From Candidatus Woesearchaeota archaeon (GTDB lineage: Archaea; Nanobdellota; Nanobdellia; UBA10117; GCA-020343615): a stretch of 60,797 nucleotides of DNA. Shown here piece by piece: positions 15,613-24,386 of this stretch. Location of the stretch: positions 469,709 to 530,505 of the forward strand of contig CP070803.1 of assembly GCA_020343615.1 (NCBI GenBank), written 5' to 3'. Under the pieces are notes generated by a model. The model saw nothing but the letters and a program-made list of their open reading frames with translations. It had not been told where the DNA came from and ran no database searches. The number at the start of each line of letters is the position of its first letter. Positions within the stretch are counted from its first letter, which is position 1. Position numbers and translations under genes: made by a program.

Positions 15613-17040
15613 TTAACCTCTGAAAGTTATGTATCCGTGAGCTTTTCTGTATATCTTGAATAACTTATATATGTCATCTAACACCTTTTCTCTTGCTTGC
15701 TCCTTAAGTAACTTAATTAACCATCTATCCTTCCTGCTTACTTTCTTTTCACCCTCCTTCTTTTTAGGAAGGCGGGGGACTAATGGGCCGAACATTTCTT
15801 TAAGTCCTTTTACTGGAGCACCAAAGATATCAAAAAAACCTCCTAGGATATTAATTGAAGGAGTCTTTTCTTTATCATCTGGCTCATTTAAGTATTCATC
15901 CAAATCGTCAGCTATAGCGTCTAATGACTCCTTTGTCATTTGATCTATGAATCCAAAAATCTCTCTATCCTGCGCCTCCTTTATTTTTTCCAGCTCAGAT
16001 TTTGTAAAAACGTAAGCATAGAAGTCAACTATTATCTGTCCCATATGCCTATAGCTTTTTCCAGATTCACTCTGGTTAACTATGATAGGCTTGCTACTGA
16101 AGATAAAAACCATCTCAATAGCTTGATATACAGTATCTGAAGGCTCCCTGACTCTCTGGCTACCTTTTAAGCCCATGGGATTCTTACCTATCCTAGTAAG
16201 GCCATAAAAATAAGATGAAGCTTTTGATTCCTTTCTTCCCATAATAGATACAGAGACAGTAGAAGTGTCGAAAAAATTAACTACATCTATTGCAGCCTCT
16301 TCGTATAGTTCTTCACTTTGCCTCAATCTATGAGCAGCTAATAGGTACGGTCTTGCCCATTTACTGTATTGTTTTAATGATGCTACTTGTGCTTTTAAGT
16401 AAGATTTTTCTATTTTCCTTCTTTGACGTAGGTCTTTTTCATATCTATCTCTCCATTTTTCATATTCCTCAATTCTAGCACCTACTATCCTCTTTACTCT
16501 TTCATTTAGGTCTAGGCTTTCTACGTCTTTTACACTCTTAGCTTGTAAAAACGCATCTCTTAGAGTTACAAATTCCAACTTGCCGCTGGCTGTAAGCTGG
16601 TTTATACTACCCACACCTCTTTTAGTATCTACCTCATCCATCCATACAGATTTTATAGCAATTTCAGCAGCATCTTTGTTCTCACCACCTAATTTACGTA
16701 AATCATCAAAAATTTCCAGTCTTCTGTCAAATTCCTTTAGGTCATAAACTAATTGTAGAATGCTCTTTATTACGGTGTTCACATCTGCCATTATTTCTTT
16801 AGCCCTTTGCTCCATCCTCGTTTTTTTCATACCTAGGTCTGAAAAGAAGGAGCTAGCTACAGCTACAGCTACAGCTTCGTCAGTCTTCTCAAGCTGGTAT
16901 CCTTGAACATTTTTTAGATAATCTGTTAACCAGTAGTAAGTTGGCTCTAAACCTGCTGCTGGAAGATCCAAAACTAATTTCCTATGATCAACACGACGTT
17001 TTTCTTTGAATTTCTTTACATTGAACTCTTTTTCGTCCAT
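15613..17040 (-). CDS. hypothetical protein coupled to the TIM-barrel gene
   Basis: 475-aa ORF whose stop lies 1 nt before the downstream ATG. No family recognised. Confidence 0.6.
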   Translation of the reverse strand: MDEKEFNVKKFKEKRRVDHRKLVLDLPAAGLEPTYYWLTDYLKNVQGYQLEKTDEAVAVAVASSFFSDLGMKKTRMEQRAKEIMADVNTVIKSILQLVYDLKEFDRRLEIFDDLRKLGGENKDAAEIAIKSVWMDEVDTKRGVGSINQLTASGKLEFVTLRDAFLQAKSVKDVESLDLNERVKRIVGARIEEYEKWRDRYEKDLRQRRKIEKSYLKAQVASLKQYSKWARPYLLAAHRLRQSEELYEEAAIDVVNFFDTSTVSVSIMGRKESKASSYFYGLTRIGKNPMGLKGSQRVREPSDTVYQAIEMVFIFSSKPIIVNQSESGKSYRHMGQIIVDFYAYVFTKSELEKIKEAQDREIFGFIDQMTKESLDAIADDLDEYLNEPDDKEKTPSINILGGFFDIFGAPVKGLKEMFGPLVPRLPKKKEGEKKVSRKDRWLIKLLKEQAREKVLDDIYKLFKIYRKAHGYITFRG

Positions 17041-17148
17041 TTATCACTATTTAATACGCTTCTATTATTAATAAGAATTATGTTTCTACTTTTTAGATAT
17101 CATTATTTTAATAAAACAAAGGAGATTTAGAATTAAAAGAAGTTAATT

Positions 17149-17541
17149 TTATTGTTCAATAACTTTAGTTATTCTCTTTTCTAATAGATTTATATTACTC
17201 TTATTTATTTCTTCATCTGGAACTTTATAATGCTGTATATCAAAATACAAACCACCATTTGAAAAGAAAATAGATATATCATAAGTATAGTCGTCTCCTC
17301 CTCCACTAACTTTACATTTTTTTGCTGGGTAAATATCAGCACGCCAGTTCCCCGGAGAATCAGAAAAAGGTTCCGATATAGTAAAGATACTAGAAATATT
17401 TTTTTCTATTTTTTTGACTATATCATCAAGTTTTTGAAAGTCTTTAGGAGTGGGGGACGTAGCTTTTACGAATGATTCTCGCGTGTTTTTCCCATAACCT
17501 ACGAGATAGTGTATTTCTGTAGAAAGTTTATCAGCAGCCAT
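17149..17541 (-). CDS. hypothetical protein
   Basis: 130-aa ORF with normal composition. No family recognised. Confidence 0.5.
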   Translation of the reverse strand: MAADKLSTEIHYLVGYGKNTRESFVKATSPTPKDFQKLDDIVKKIEKNISSIFTISEPFSDSPGNWRADIYPAKKCKVSGGGDDYTYDISIFFSNGGLYFDIQHYKVPDEEINKSNINLLEKRITKVIEQ

Positions 17542-17599
17542 TTCAATAAAATTAAAGCAAAGAAATATTTATAAATCTTATTAGTTAATAATAGTTTTT

Positions 17600-17910
17600 A
17601 TGCAAAAAGTAATAATTTATGCGAGTAAGGATAATATGCAATTTTCTGATATATTTTTAAACCTGTAGGATTTGCTTACTTAAGAATCTCAAAAAAAGAA
17701 ATTGATAAGTTATTAAATAAAGGGTCTTTCTTGAAGGAACTAACTAAACCAATTAAACCTTCTCCATTAGAAAAATTAATCGGGGAAGAATCTATGCCTA
17801 CAATTATAGGAGTTATGGCTTCTAATAAGAAACGTTTAGATAAATTCAGAAAGACGTCAGATTATGATACTAATAGTTTCCCTATAGATTTTTATACCCC
17901 AGAAAGCTGA
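17600..17910 (+). pseudogene. frameshifted small ORF (about 103 codons if repaired)
   Basis: ATG 17600 gives MQKVIIYASKDNMQFSDIFLNL, stopping at 17666. A second frame is open from 17650 to TGA 17908-17910 (YIFKPVGFAYLRISKKEIDKLLNKG...FYTPES) but lacks an early start codon. The two frames join at the T5 run 17654-17658, and one extra T would fuse them. Confidence 0.35.
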
Positions 17911-17999
17911 TATAATAAACCAGAGCGTATTTCTTCTTAGATTTTTTATGTATTATAAAACAATAAAATTTTTAACTAAAACTATGCTTAATTTTTATT

Positions 18000-18530
18000 A
18001 TGAGTAGTAAAATTCTAATGATAATTGCTCAACGTAACTTTAGAGACGAGGAGCTATCTGTTACAAAAAAATTTCTTGAACAAAATGGATATAGCGCTGA
18101 TGTGGCTTCTTTTACAACTGAAATAGCAAAAGGTATGTTTGGATTAACCATAAAACCCGATCTTTCTATAGAAGAAGCAATAGATGAACTAGAGAAGTAT
18201 ACTGTAGTAATTGTAGTTGGGGGTTCTGGTTCTTTAGAATTAGCTAAAAGAGAAGATGTTTTAGAACTTTTAAGGAAAGCAAAAGACGAAGATAAAATAA
18301 TAGCTGCTATTTGCTCAGGACCATTGTCATTAGCCAATGCGGGCTTATTGAGAAATAAGGAAGCAACAGTATGGTCCTCTGACACAAATCAAGAACAAAT
18401 ATTAGAAATAGAAGAAAAGGGAGCAAAGTATAATAAAGGTCCAGTTGTTGTAGATGGAAATATAATAACTGCAAATGGACCAGAAGCTGCTGAAGCTTTT
18501 GCTAAAAAAATAGTAGAGAGGTTAGAATAA
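18000..18530 (+). CDS. DJ-1/PfpI family protein
   Basis: Nucleophile-elbow motif IAAICSGPLSLANAGLL, VVIVVGG, and a size of 176 aa are typical of the PfpI/DJ-1 family. Confidence 0.85.
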   Translation: MSSKILMIIAQRNFRDEELSVTKKFLEQNGYSADVASFTTEIAKGMFGLTIKPDLSIEEAIDELEKYTVVIVVGGSGSLELAKREDVLELLRKAKDEDKIIAAICSGPLSLANAGLLRNKEATVWSSDTNQEQILEIEEKGAKYNKGPVVVDGNIITANGPEAAEAFAKKIVERLE

Positions 18531-18531
18531 G

Positions 18532-18885
18532 ATGGTTAATTTAAAATTTTGGAAAAAGGAAAAAGAAAGAGGAGGTTATGAAGATTTTGAAGGTTTTGGA
18601 GGAGTTAAAGGAGGATTTGGACCTGCAGGAGAAACCGGAGCTCCTATAGGTGGCGAACCATTTCCACAAGGTACTGCTGGCATGGGTCTACCTGGAGCCC
18701 CTGTTACACCATCAATATCGGGCGGAAGTGAAATGGACATAGTGAAGAAAGACATTGAAGTGTTAAACTCTAAGATGGACTCTTTAAAAGCATCTTTGGA
18801 GGCAATAAATCAAAAATTGATTAACATTGAAAGTAAGCTGAAAGGTACAGACGAAGGATCTACTGAACCTTCTTGGCACTACTAA
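18532..18885 (+). CDS. hypothetical protein with G/P-rich N-terminus and coiled-coil C-terminus
   Basis: 117 aa. GGFGPAGETGAPIGGEPFPQGTAGMGLPGAP is followed by a heptad region DIEVLNSKMDSLKASLEAINQKLINIESKL. The start lies 1 nt after the DJ-1 stop. Confidence 0.5.
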   Translation: MVNLKFWKKEKERGGYEDFEGFGGVKGGFGPAGETGAPIGGEPFPQGTAGMGLPGAPVTPSISGGSEMDIVKKDIEVLNSKMDSLKASLEAINQKLINIESKLKGTDEGSTEPSWHY

Positions 18886-19679
18886 TGGACATAAATTCCT
18901 TTTTTGATACTTACTTCTCCTGGAATCAAGCTGGATTTAATTATGTAAATACTGTTACATATGCAATAATAGCTCTCGTAGCTATTTACGTAATTTACAA
19001 GATATTCAATAGAATAAAAGTAAAATTTAACATGGAATTCTTTGCAGGAATGTTCCCCTTTATTTTGCTAGGGTCTGGATTAAGAGCATTAGTGGACAAT
19101 GGATACGTTGAAGAAAGCTTCTGGGTGGTAACCCCAGGGATATATCTAATAACTGCTGTACTGTTCTTAGTTACCTACTTAACCTGCTTTTTCCTTGCTA
19201 AAAAGGTTAGGTTTAGCGAGTGGAAATTATGTGGGGCTATAGGAATAATCTTTTTCATATTCCTATTTGGAATAAACGGAGTAAGATTTAATCAACCATG
19301 GGTGTTTCTTGCCATTATAGGCCTAGCAATTGTAATCTCAATAGTCCTTAAAATCATTCTAAAATTATTAAAACAGAAAAAGCTATCAAGGAAATTTAGT
19401 TTTCTACCTATTTTCGGGCATATGGTAGACGCTAGCGCTACTTTTATAGCAGTAGATTTTTTTGGTAGCTGGGAAAAACACCCGATAACTAGGGGTTTTA
19501 ATGAGTTTATGGGAACAGGAGCAGCACTGTTTATATTAAAACTAATAGTGTTACTTCCAGCAGTATATTTGATAGCTACGGAAATAAAAGACAAGAATTT
19601 TAGAAATTTTTTGTTAATAGTTCTTGCAACCCTTGGTTTTGCTGAAGGTCTAAGAAATGCTCTAACTCTCATTATATAG
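18885..19679 (+). CDS. polytopic membrane protein, possibly DUF63 family
   Basis: TAATG overlap with the upstream gene. About 7 hydrophobic segments, and GHMVDASATFIAVDFFGSWEKHPITRGF is reminiscent of archaeal DUF63. Confidence 0.55.
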   Translation: MDINSFFDTYFSWNQAGFNYVNTVTYAIIALVAIYVIYKIFNRIKVKFNMEFFAGMFPFILLGSGLRALVDNGYVEESFWVVTPGIYLITAVLFLVTYLTCFFLAKKVRFSEWKLCGAIGIIFFIFLFGINGVRFNQPWVFLAIIGLAIVISIVLKIILKLLKQKKLSRKFSFLPIFGHMVDASATFIAVDFFGSWEKHPITRGFNEFMGTGAALFILKLIVLLPAVYLIATEIKDKNFRNFLLIVLATLGFAEGLRNALTLII

Positions 19680-19745
19680 TAGTAAACTTTTTATACTTCT
19701 GTATTTTTTAAATCTAAAACTAAAACGAGCATATAAGAGGATAGA

Positions 19746-19907
19746 ATGAACGGAACAACTAACGGGTTAACTGAAATAAAAAAAGAAGATTTAGGCGAGG
19801 AGCACTTGCAATATTTTAAGAGAGAATCAGACGGATGCCCAATTATTCGCTATAAAGAATCTACACCAATAGATAAACCAGGACCTTCAACGAGGTACAT
19901 TGGTTAA
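19746..19907 (+). CDS. possible small ORF (53 aa)
   Basis: ATG 19746 to TAA 19905-19907: MNGTTNGLTEIKKEDLGEEHLQYFKRESDGCPIIRYKESTPIDKPGPSTRYIG. Below the track cutoff, with no homology evidence. Confidence 0.25.
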   Translation: MNGTTNGLTEIKKEDLGEEHLQYFKRESDGCPIIRYKESTPIDKPGPSTRYIG

Positions 19908-19928
19908 CTTAGACTTATCTTATATATA

Positions 19929-20246
19929 ATGACAAAAGACAAAAAAATTAGCAGAGAAGAATGTGAAAAAGCCTTACGGAATCTTATTAAAGAGCAACAT
20001 AAGACCTTGTCTAACATCTTAAAAATAACAGAAAGTAAGCCTGAGGAAGTACTCTTATATCTAGAGTCATTTGATACTAATTATGATGCTATTGTTAGCA
20101 ATTCTCAACTGTTACATGATTTAAGAGTAAATGGAAGAAATTATGAATTCAGTATTAATAATCGCGGGATTCCATCACTTCATATTAAACCTGTTAATAA
20201 TAAAATTAGACTAAAAGATCGGAGTGATATCAGTCCTTATGCCTGA
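19929..20246 (+). CDS. hypothetical protein
   Basis: 105-aa ORF. No family recognised. Confidence 0.45.
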   Translation: MTKDKKISREECEKALRNLIKEQHKTLSNILKITESKPEEVLLYLESFDTNYDAIVSNSQLLHDLRVNGRNYEFSINNRGIPSLHIKPVNNKIRLKDRSDISPYA

Positions 20247-20795
20247 TTATTTTAACCTACATATACACTCTTCACAAAGGAAGTCCCCTTCCTTATAGGA
20301 TAAATTTCCTTTGCTTCCACACCCATCACAAGCCCCTATTGCTATGGGTTCTATATCATCAGGACCCTTAATCTTTGCTTGTTCTATTAATACGTCTATC
20401 AATCTTGGACAATTTTCCATCATGTCTTTATTTGTAACAATACCTACTAATTTTCCATCATCAGTTGTTATTGGAACTCTTGTTATATCATACTTAGCCA
20501 TCTTCTTGGCTACCCAGTTCATATCGTCATTGGGTTTTGCACTAAACATTTCAGGAGGTGAAGTCATTATATCTTTTACTTTAACACTAGCAGGCTTTTT
20601 ATTCAATGCAACAACTTTTCTCATAACGTCTCTTTCAGTTACTATTCCAACTAATTTTCTGTTCTTATCAATAACTGGTAATCCGCCGATCCTGTACTTG
20701 TTTCCTAGCTTAGCGGCCTTCTCTATCGTAGTATTTGGTGTGACTGTAACTACCTTCACGTTCATTATTTCACCTACATCTATTCCAGACTTCAT
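20247..20795 (-). CDS. CBS-domain pair protein with C-terminal zinc ribbon
   Basis: Two CBS repeats (IMNVKVVTVTP...GGLPVIDKNRKLVGIVTERDV; IMTSPPEMF...RVPITTDDGKLVGIVTNKDM) plus CDGCGSKGN...FLCEEC. Confidence 0.85.
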   Translation of the reverse strand: MKSGIDVGEIMNVKVVTVTPNTTIEKAAKLGNKYRIGGLPVIDKNRKLVGIVTERDVMRKVVALNKKPASVKVKDIMTSPPEMFSAKPNDDMNWVAKKMAKYDITRVPITTDDGKLVGIVTNKDMMENCPRLIDVLIEQAKIKGPDDIEPIAIGACDGCGSKGNLSYKEGDFLCEECICRLK

Positions 20796-21070
20796 TAAAG
20801 CAATTTCCTCATATTCTGAAGCTCAAATAGCCTGTCTCTTATCCTCTTCTGTTTTTCAACAAGCTCTTTTTTCAAGTCCAATACTACGGACTTTTCTTGG
20901 GACGAAAAAAACCAACGGGTGTTTTCTACCTGGGTTTCTATCGTTACTCCGCAAGCTTCACAATTTATTTTTTCACCTTCTTTTTTTAGTGCTCTTTTTC
21001 CACATTGAGGGCAGGATTTTGGAATAACTATCTGGAATAACTTCTTTATTTTAGATTCCTTTTCGCGCAT
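20795..21070 (-). CDS. small zinc-ribbon protein
   Basis: CPQCGKRALKKEGEKINCEACG followed by a helical tail. Start is ATG 21070 (or GTG 21079). The stop overlaps the CBS gene start by 1 nt (TAATG). Confidence 0.55.
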   Translation of the reverse strand: MREKESKIKKLFQIVIPKSCPQCGKRALKKEGEKINCEACGVTIETQVENTRWFFSSQEKSVVLDLKKELVEKQKRIRDRLFELQNMRKLL

Positions 21071-21145
21071 ACTCAGCACCCCCAGTATCTACGTAATAAA
21101 ATGTATTTAAATATGTTTTTGTATTAGAGTATATAAATCAGTTTA

Positions 21146-22903
21146 TTATTCGAAATACCAGTAATGGTTTTTACTCTTTTGTTCCCTATCTAATCTGGAA
21201 TTAAGCTTGTTAACCCTAGGCCTACCGGAATCAGGGTCTTTTCGCAAGGTGACGTCCAATTCTTTAAGAAAAGAGTTCATACCCTCTTTTACTCCGGCTA
21301 TTTCCTTAGCAACGCCTTTTTTAGCTGGTTCTCCTGTAAAAACCAAGAATCTACTAGAGAAATAACTTAGAAATAGAAGATCATGATCTATTATTATGAA
21401 GCTAGCATTCTTTTTTTTACTGATTTTCCTCAATGTTTTAGCTACATGCAGTCTTTGCTCTACGTCTAAATAATTAGAGGGCTCGTCTAATAGGTATAAA
21501 TCTGCATCTCTTCCCAAACACGCAGCTATGGCTACTCTTTGTAATTCTCCACCAGATAATTCAGTTAGGTCTTTTTCAAGTAATGGAATGACTTCTAATG
21601 GTTCTAATATCTCATTTTTTCCCTCTATTGTTAGTAATTTCTTGTTTATTTTTTTGAGAACATCCAGAACCAAACCCTTGTTTGCTTCTATATATTGCGG
21701 TTTATACGAAATTTTTAGGGTAAAATTCAATTTTCCTTCATCAGGCTTTAGTTCTCCTGCTAGCATTTTCATAAAAGTGGTTTTCCCAATGCCGTTTGCA
21801 CCGATTATTCCTACAATTTCGCCTAATTTAATCTCAGAAGGCTCAACCTCAAGGTTAAATTTGCCTAATTTTTTGGCCATTTTAGGCCATAGTATCAACG
21901 TTTCCTGGCTTAATTCGGATTTTAAAGCGCCAGGATCAAACTTTATAGGCTTATCCCTAAACCTTATGTTCTCATCAGACAAATATCCGTCTAAATAGGT
22001 ATTTAATCCCCTTCTTTCTGACAAAGGATGAGATACTATACCATATGCTCCTGATTTTCCGAATAATAGGTGAGTAGAATCAGTTAAGTAGTCTAAAATA
22101 AGCAAGTCGTGCTCAATTACAATTACTGGTTTTCCTTTTTCAGCAAGTTCTCTGATAACCTTAGCCACCCTAATCCTCTCTTTTATGTCTAAATATGAAG
22201 CAGGCTCGTCAAAGAAGTATAAGTCAGCTTCTTTAAGAATAGCAGCAGCAACTACCACTTTTTGTAGTTCCCCACCAGATAACTTTGATAATTTACTGTT
22301 TAAAATGTCATCCAAACCCAATTTTTTAGATATGTTTTTAATATTCTTAGAGAATTTATTCAATAATTGCTTAGCAGTGCCCTTAAATTGCTTTGAAATT
22401 AGGTTAATTTCTTGGATTTTATAAGAAACTTTGATTTTATCTGAATTCAAGTTCTTAAAGTAAGCTTGCAATTCAGTTCCTTTGAAATGATCTAAGATAT
22501 CCTTTTCTTCTACTGATTCTCTGCCTAGGTTAGGTTTTAATAAATTTGATAGTAATTTTAACGCAGTTGTCTTACCTACACCGTTTCTTCCCAAAAGACC
22601 AACAACTTCTTTTTTCTTAGGGATAGGCAATCTAAATAGTTCAAAAGCATTAGGACCATATCTAAAGATAGGATCTTCCTTTAATGCTTCTGGAAGATTT
22701 ATTATTGAAATAGCTCCAAATGGGCATTTTTTAATGCAAATCGCACATCCAACGCAGAGACCTTCGTCTATTATTGGCTTGCCATCAGGGCCAATAACTA
22801 CTGCTTCTTCTCCTACACGTACTCTTGGACATGCTTTTTTACACTCCTGAGCACATTTCTTAGGTTGGCATTTATCTCTGTCTAAAATAGCTATTCTTGT
22901 CAT
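21146..22903 (-). CDS. abce1: ABCE1 / RNase L inhibitor-type ribosome recycling ATPase
   Basis: N-terminal 4Fe-4S region (CQPKKCAQECKKACP...CVGCAICIKKCP). Two ABC modules with Walker A GRNGVGKTT / GANGIGKTT and signature LSGGELQ twice. Confidence 0.95.
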   Translation of the reverse strand: MTRIAILDRDKCQPKKCAQECKKACPRVRVGEEAVVIGPDGKPIIDEGLCVGCAICIKKCPFGAISIINLPEALKEDPIFRYGPNAFELFRLPIPKKKEVVGLLGRNGVGKTTALKLLSNLLKPNLGRESVEEKDILDHFKGTELQAYFKNLNSDKIKVSYKIQEINLISKQFKGTAKQLLNKFSKNIKNISKKLGLDDILNSKLSKLSGGELQKVVVAAAILKEADLYFFDEPASYLDIKERIRVAKVIRELAEKGKPVIVIEHDLLILDYLTDSTHLLFGKSGAYGIVSHPLSERRGLNTYLDGYLSDENIRFRDKPIKFDPGALKSELSQETLILWPKMAKKLGKFNLEVEPSEIKLGEIVGIIGANGIGKTTFMKMLAGELKPDEGKLNFTLKISYKPQYIEANKGLVLDVLKKINKKLLTIEGKNEILEPLEVIPLLEKDLTELSGGELQRVAIAACLGRDADLYLLDEPSNYLDVEQRLHVAKTLRKISKKKNASFIIIDHDLLFLSYFSSRFLVFTGEPAKKGVAKEIAGVKEGMNSFLKELDVTLRKDPDSGRPRVNKLNSRLDREQKSKNHYWYFE

Positions 22904-23535
22904 TTTAGCTCTTCTATATTGATTTCATTGAAATTTGAGATAATAATATCCGCAGGCAAGTCTTTATTTACTTTTCTATTTACATATCCAATACAAAACA
23001 TATTTGCCCTTTTAGCAGCAACCATCCCATTTACTCCGTCCTCAATAACAATACATTCTTCCGGCTTTAAACCTAGTCTTTTAGCAGCTAGTAAGAACAC
23101 ATCAGGACTTGGTTTTCCATGTTCTACCTCCGTTGAACTTGTAATAACATCAAATTTATCTTTCAGATTCAATTTAGATAGAACAAATTCTATAAAATTG
23201 ACTGGGGAAGCGGATGCTATTGCTAATTTAAAGCCACTAGTTCTTAATTTATCTATAAACTCTATTACCCCGGGCATGGCATCTATACCATCCTTTACAA
23301 GAAGAAACAATTTTTCCCATTTTTCTTCTAAGGTCTTATCTATATCGATAAAAACCCCATATTCTTCAGATAGTTTTTTTAACCATTCTCTGTCTGAAAC
23401 TCCTGCATAAGTTTCAGTTAGTTCGTCGGTAGTCATCTCTATTCCATATTTCTTAAGTAATTCTGACTCCACCTGTACTTGTAATTTTTGAGTATCTGAA
23501 ACAACTCCATCCATATCAAAGATAACGGCCTTCAT
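22900..23535 (-). CDS. HAD-superfamily hydrolase (beta-phosphoglucomutase-like subfamily IA)
   Basis: Motif I VIFDMDGVVSDT, motif II IASAS, motif III/IV KPSPD...IEDGVNG. 4-nt overlap with abce1. Confidence 0.85.
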   Translation of the reverse strand: MKAVIFDMDGVVSDTQKLQVQVESELLKKYGIEMTTDELTETYAGVSDREWLKKLSEEYGVFIDIDKTLEEKWEKLFLLVKDGIDAMPGVIEFIDKLRTSGFKLAIASASPVNFIEFVLSKLNLKDKFDVITSSTEVEHGKPSPDVFLLAAKRLGLKPEECIVIEDGVNGMVAAKRANMFCIGYVNRKVNKDLPADIIISNFNEINIEELK

Positions 23536-23536
23536 T

Positions 23537-24070
23537 TTAATCTACCAATCCCATATATTCTTCATACTTATACTCGTCTAGAACAATTAAAATCTCAAAA
23601 TCCTTTATTACTTCTGCAAATTTATGTCTAATTGCCTTTACAATCTTATTTAGTTCTATAGTATCTTTAGCAGAAATATACACTATATAATCCCATTTTC
23701 CTGAAGAAGTAGCTAAATAAGTTATTCTTTTATCTCTCATAAGGTTATTCATGAATTCATCTTCCTGTTTTTTGTTTATATTATACAAAGAAAATAAAAC
23801 ATAACTTATTATTGGAAATCCCATTTTAGGGGGATTTACTACAGGCATAAAACCAGAAATAACATCCAGGTCTATCATTCTTTTGATCCTGTACCTTATA
23901 ACGTCTCTAGATAACTTTGTTATTTTTGATAATTTAGCTAGAGAGTATCGGGCATTTTTATTTAGAGCATGTAAAATCAATCTATCTTTTCTATCTAAGT
24001 CTGCTTTTTTTCCATAGGAGAAATTTGTTCTTCTACGTAAAAGTTCTTTTTCGAATGCTTCAGGTTCCAT
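23537..24070 (-). CDS. Lrp/AsnC family transcriptional regulator
   Basis: HTH segment DRKDRLILHALNKNARYSLAKLSKITKLSRDVIRYRIKRM followed by a RAM/ACT-like C-terminal domain. Divergent from the 24176 operon. Confidence 0.8.
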   Translation of the reverse strand: MEPEAFEKELLRRRTNFSYGKKADLDRKDRLILHALNKNARYSLAKLSKITKLSRDVIRYRIKRMIDLDVISGFMPVVNPPKMGFPIISYVLFSLYNINKKQEDEFMNNLMRDKRITYLATSSGKWDYIVYISAKDTIELNKIVKAIRHKFAEVIKDFEILIVLDEYKYEEYMGLVD

Positions 24071-24175
24071 ATTACTTATTATATGTAATATTATTTAAAA
24101 ATTTTACTATTTTAAGTAATTTTTAATAAAAAATTATTTATTATACTTATTTTAACGATTTTGTAGCAGTAAAAA

Positions 24176-24385
24176 ATGTTAGAAAATGAGCATAAGTTAT
24201 GTTACCGTCATAAGAATGTTAGGTGTAATGAGAAGTGTGCCGCCTATTCAACAATAGGGATGAGCATAGACAAAGGTCCCCTCAGTGAAGGTACAACACA
24301 TTGCATCGCTCTATTTAACGAGAATAGTATTGGAGATGCTCTAAAGGAAATAAACAAAACTCTAGAACATAAATTAGGTAAATAA
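24176..24385 (+). CDS. small Cys/His-containing protein, first gene of paralog-array operon
   Basis: 69 aa (CYRHKNVRCNEKCAAY...THC). The stop lies 1 nt before the next ATG. Confidence 0.45.
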   Translation: MLENEHKLCYRHKNVRCNEKCAAYSTIGMSIDKGPLSEGTTHCIALFNENSIGDALKEINKTLEHKLGK

Positions 24386-24386
24386 A

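Noticed and set aside
13392-16478. Antisense ORFs 13392-13748, 14956-15201, 15656-15943, 15940-16140 and 16290-16478
   Set aside because: They lie within longer minus-strand genes that have domain motifs or operon coupling, and show antisense-type composition.
17651-17660. Programmed -1 ribosomal frameshift at ATATTTTTAA
   Set aside because: The T5 run does not form an X XXY YYZ slippery heptamer in the incoming frame (ATA TTT TTA), and I saw no downstream structure. A simple homopolymer indel is more parsimonious.
18029-19672. Minus-strand ORFs 18029-18385 and 19292-19672
   Set aside because: They are antisense to the DJ-1/PfpI gene and the DUF63-like membrane protein gene.
20311-21027. 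238-aa plus-strand ORF spanning the CBS and zinc-ribbon genes
   Set aside because: It is antisense to two genes with recognisable domains (CBS pair, CxxC ribbons), and its sequence is low-complexity S/F/I/T-rich with no motif.
21528-22424. Plus-strand ORFs 21528-21998 and 22185-22424
   Set aside because: They are antisense to the highly conserved ABCE1 gene.
22919-23410. 163-aa plus-strand ORF
   Set aside because: It is antisense to the HAD hydrolase gene, which has clear motif I-IV conservation.
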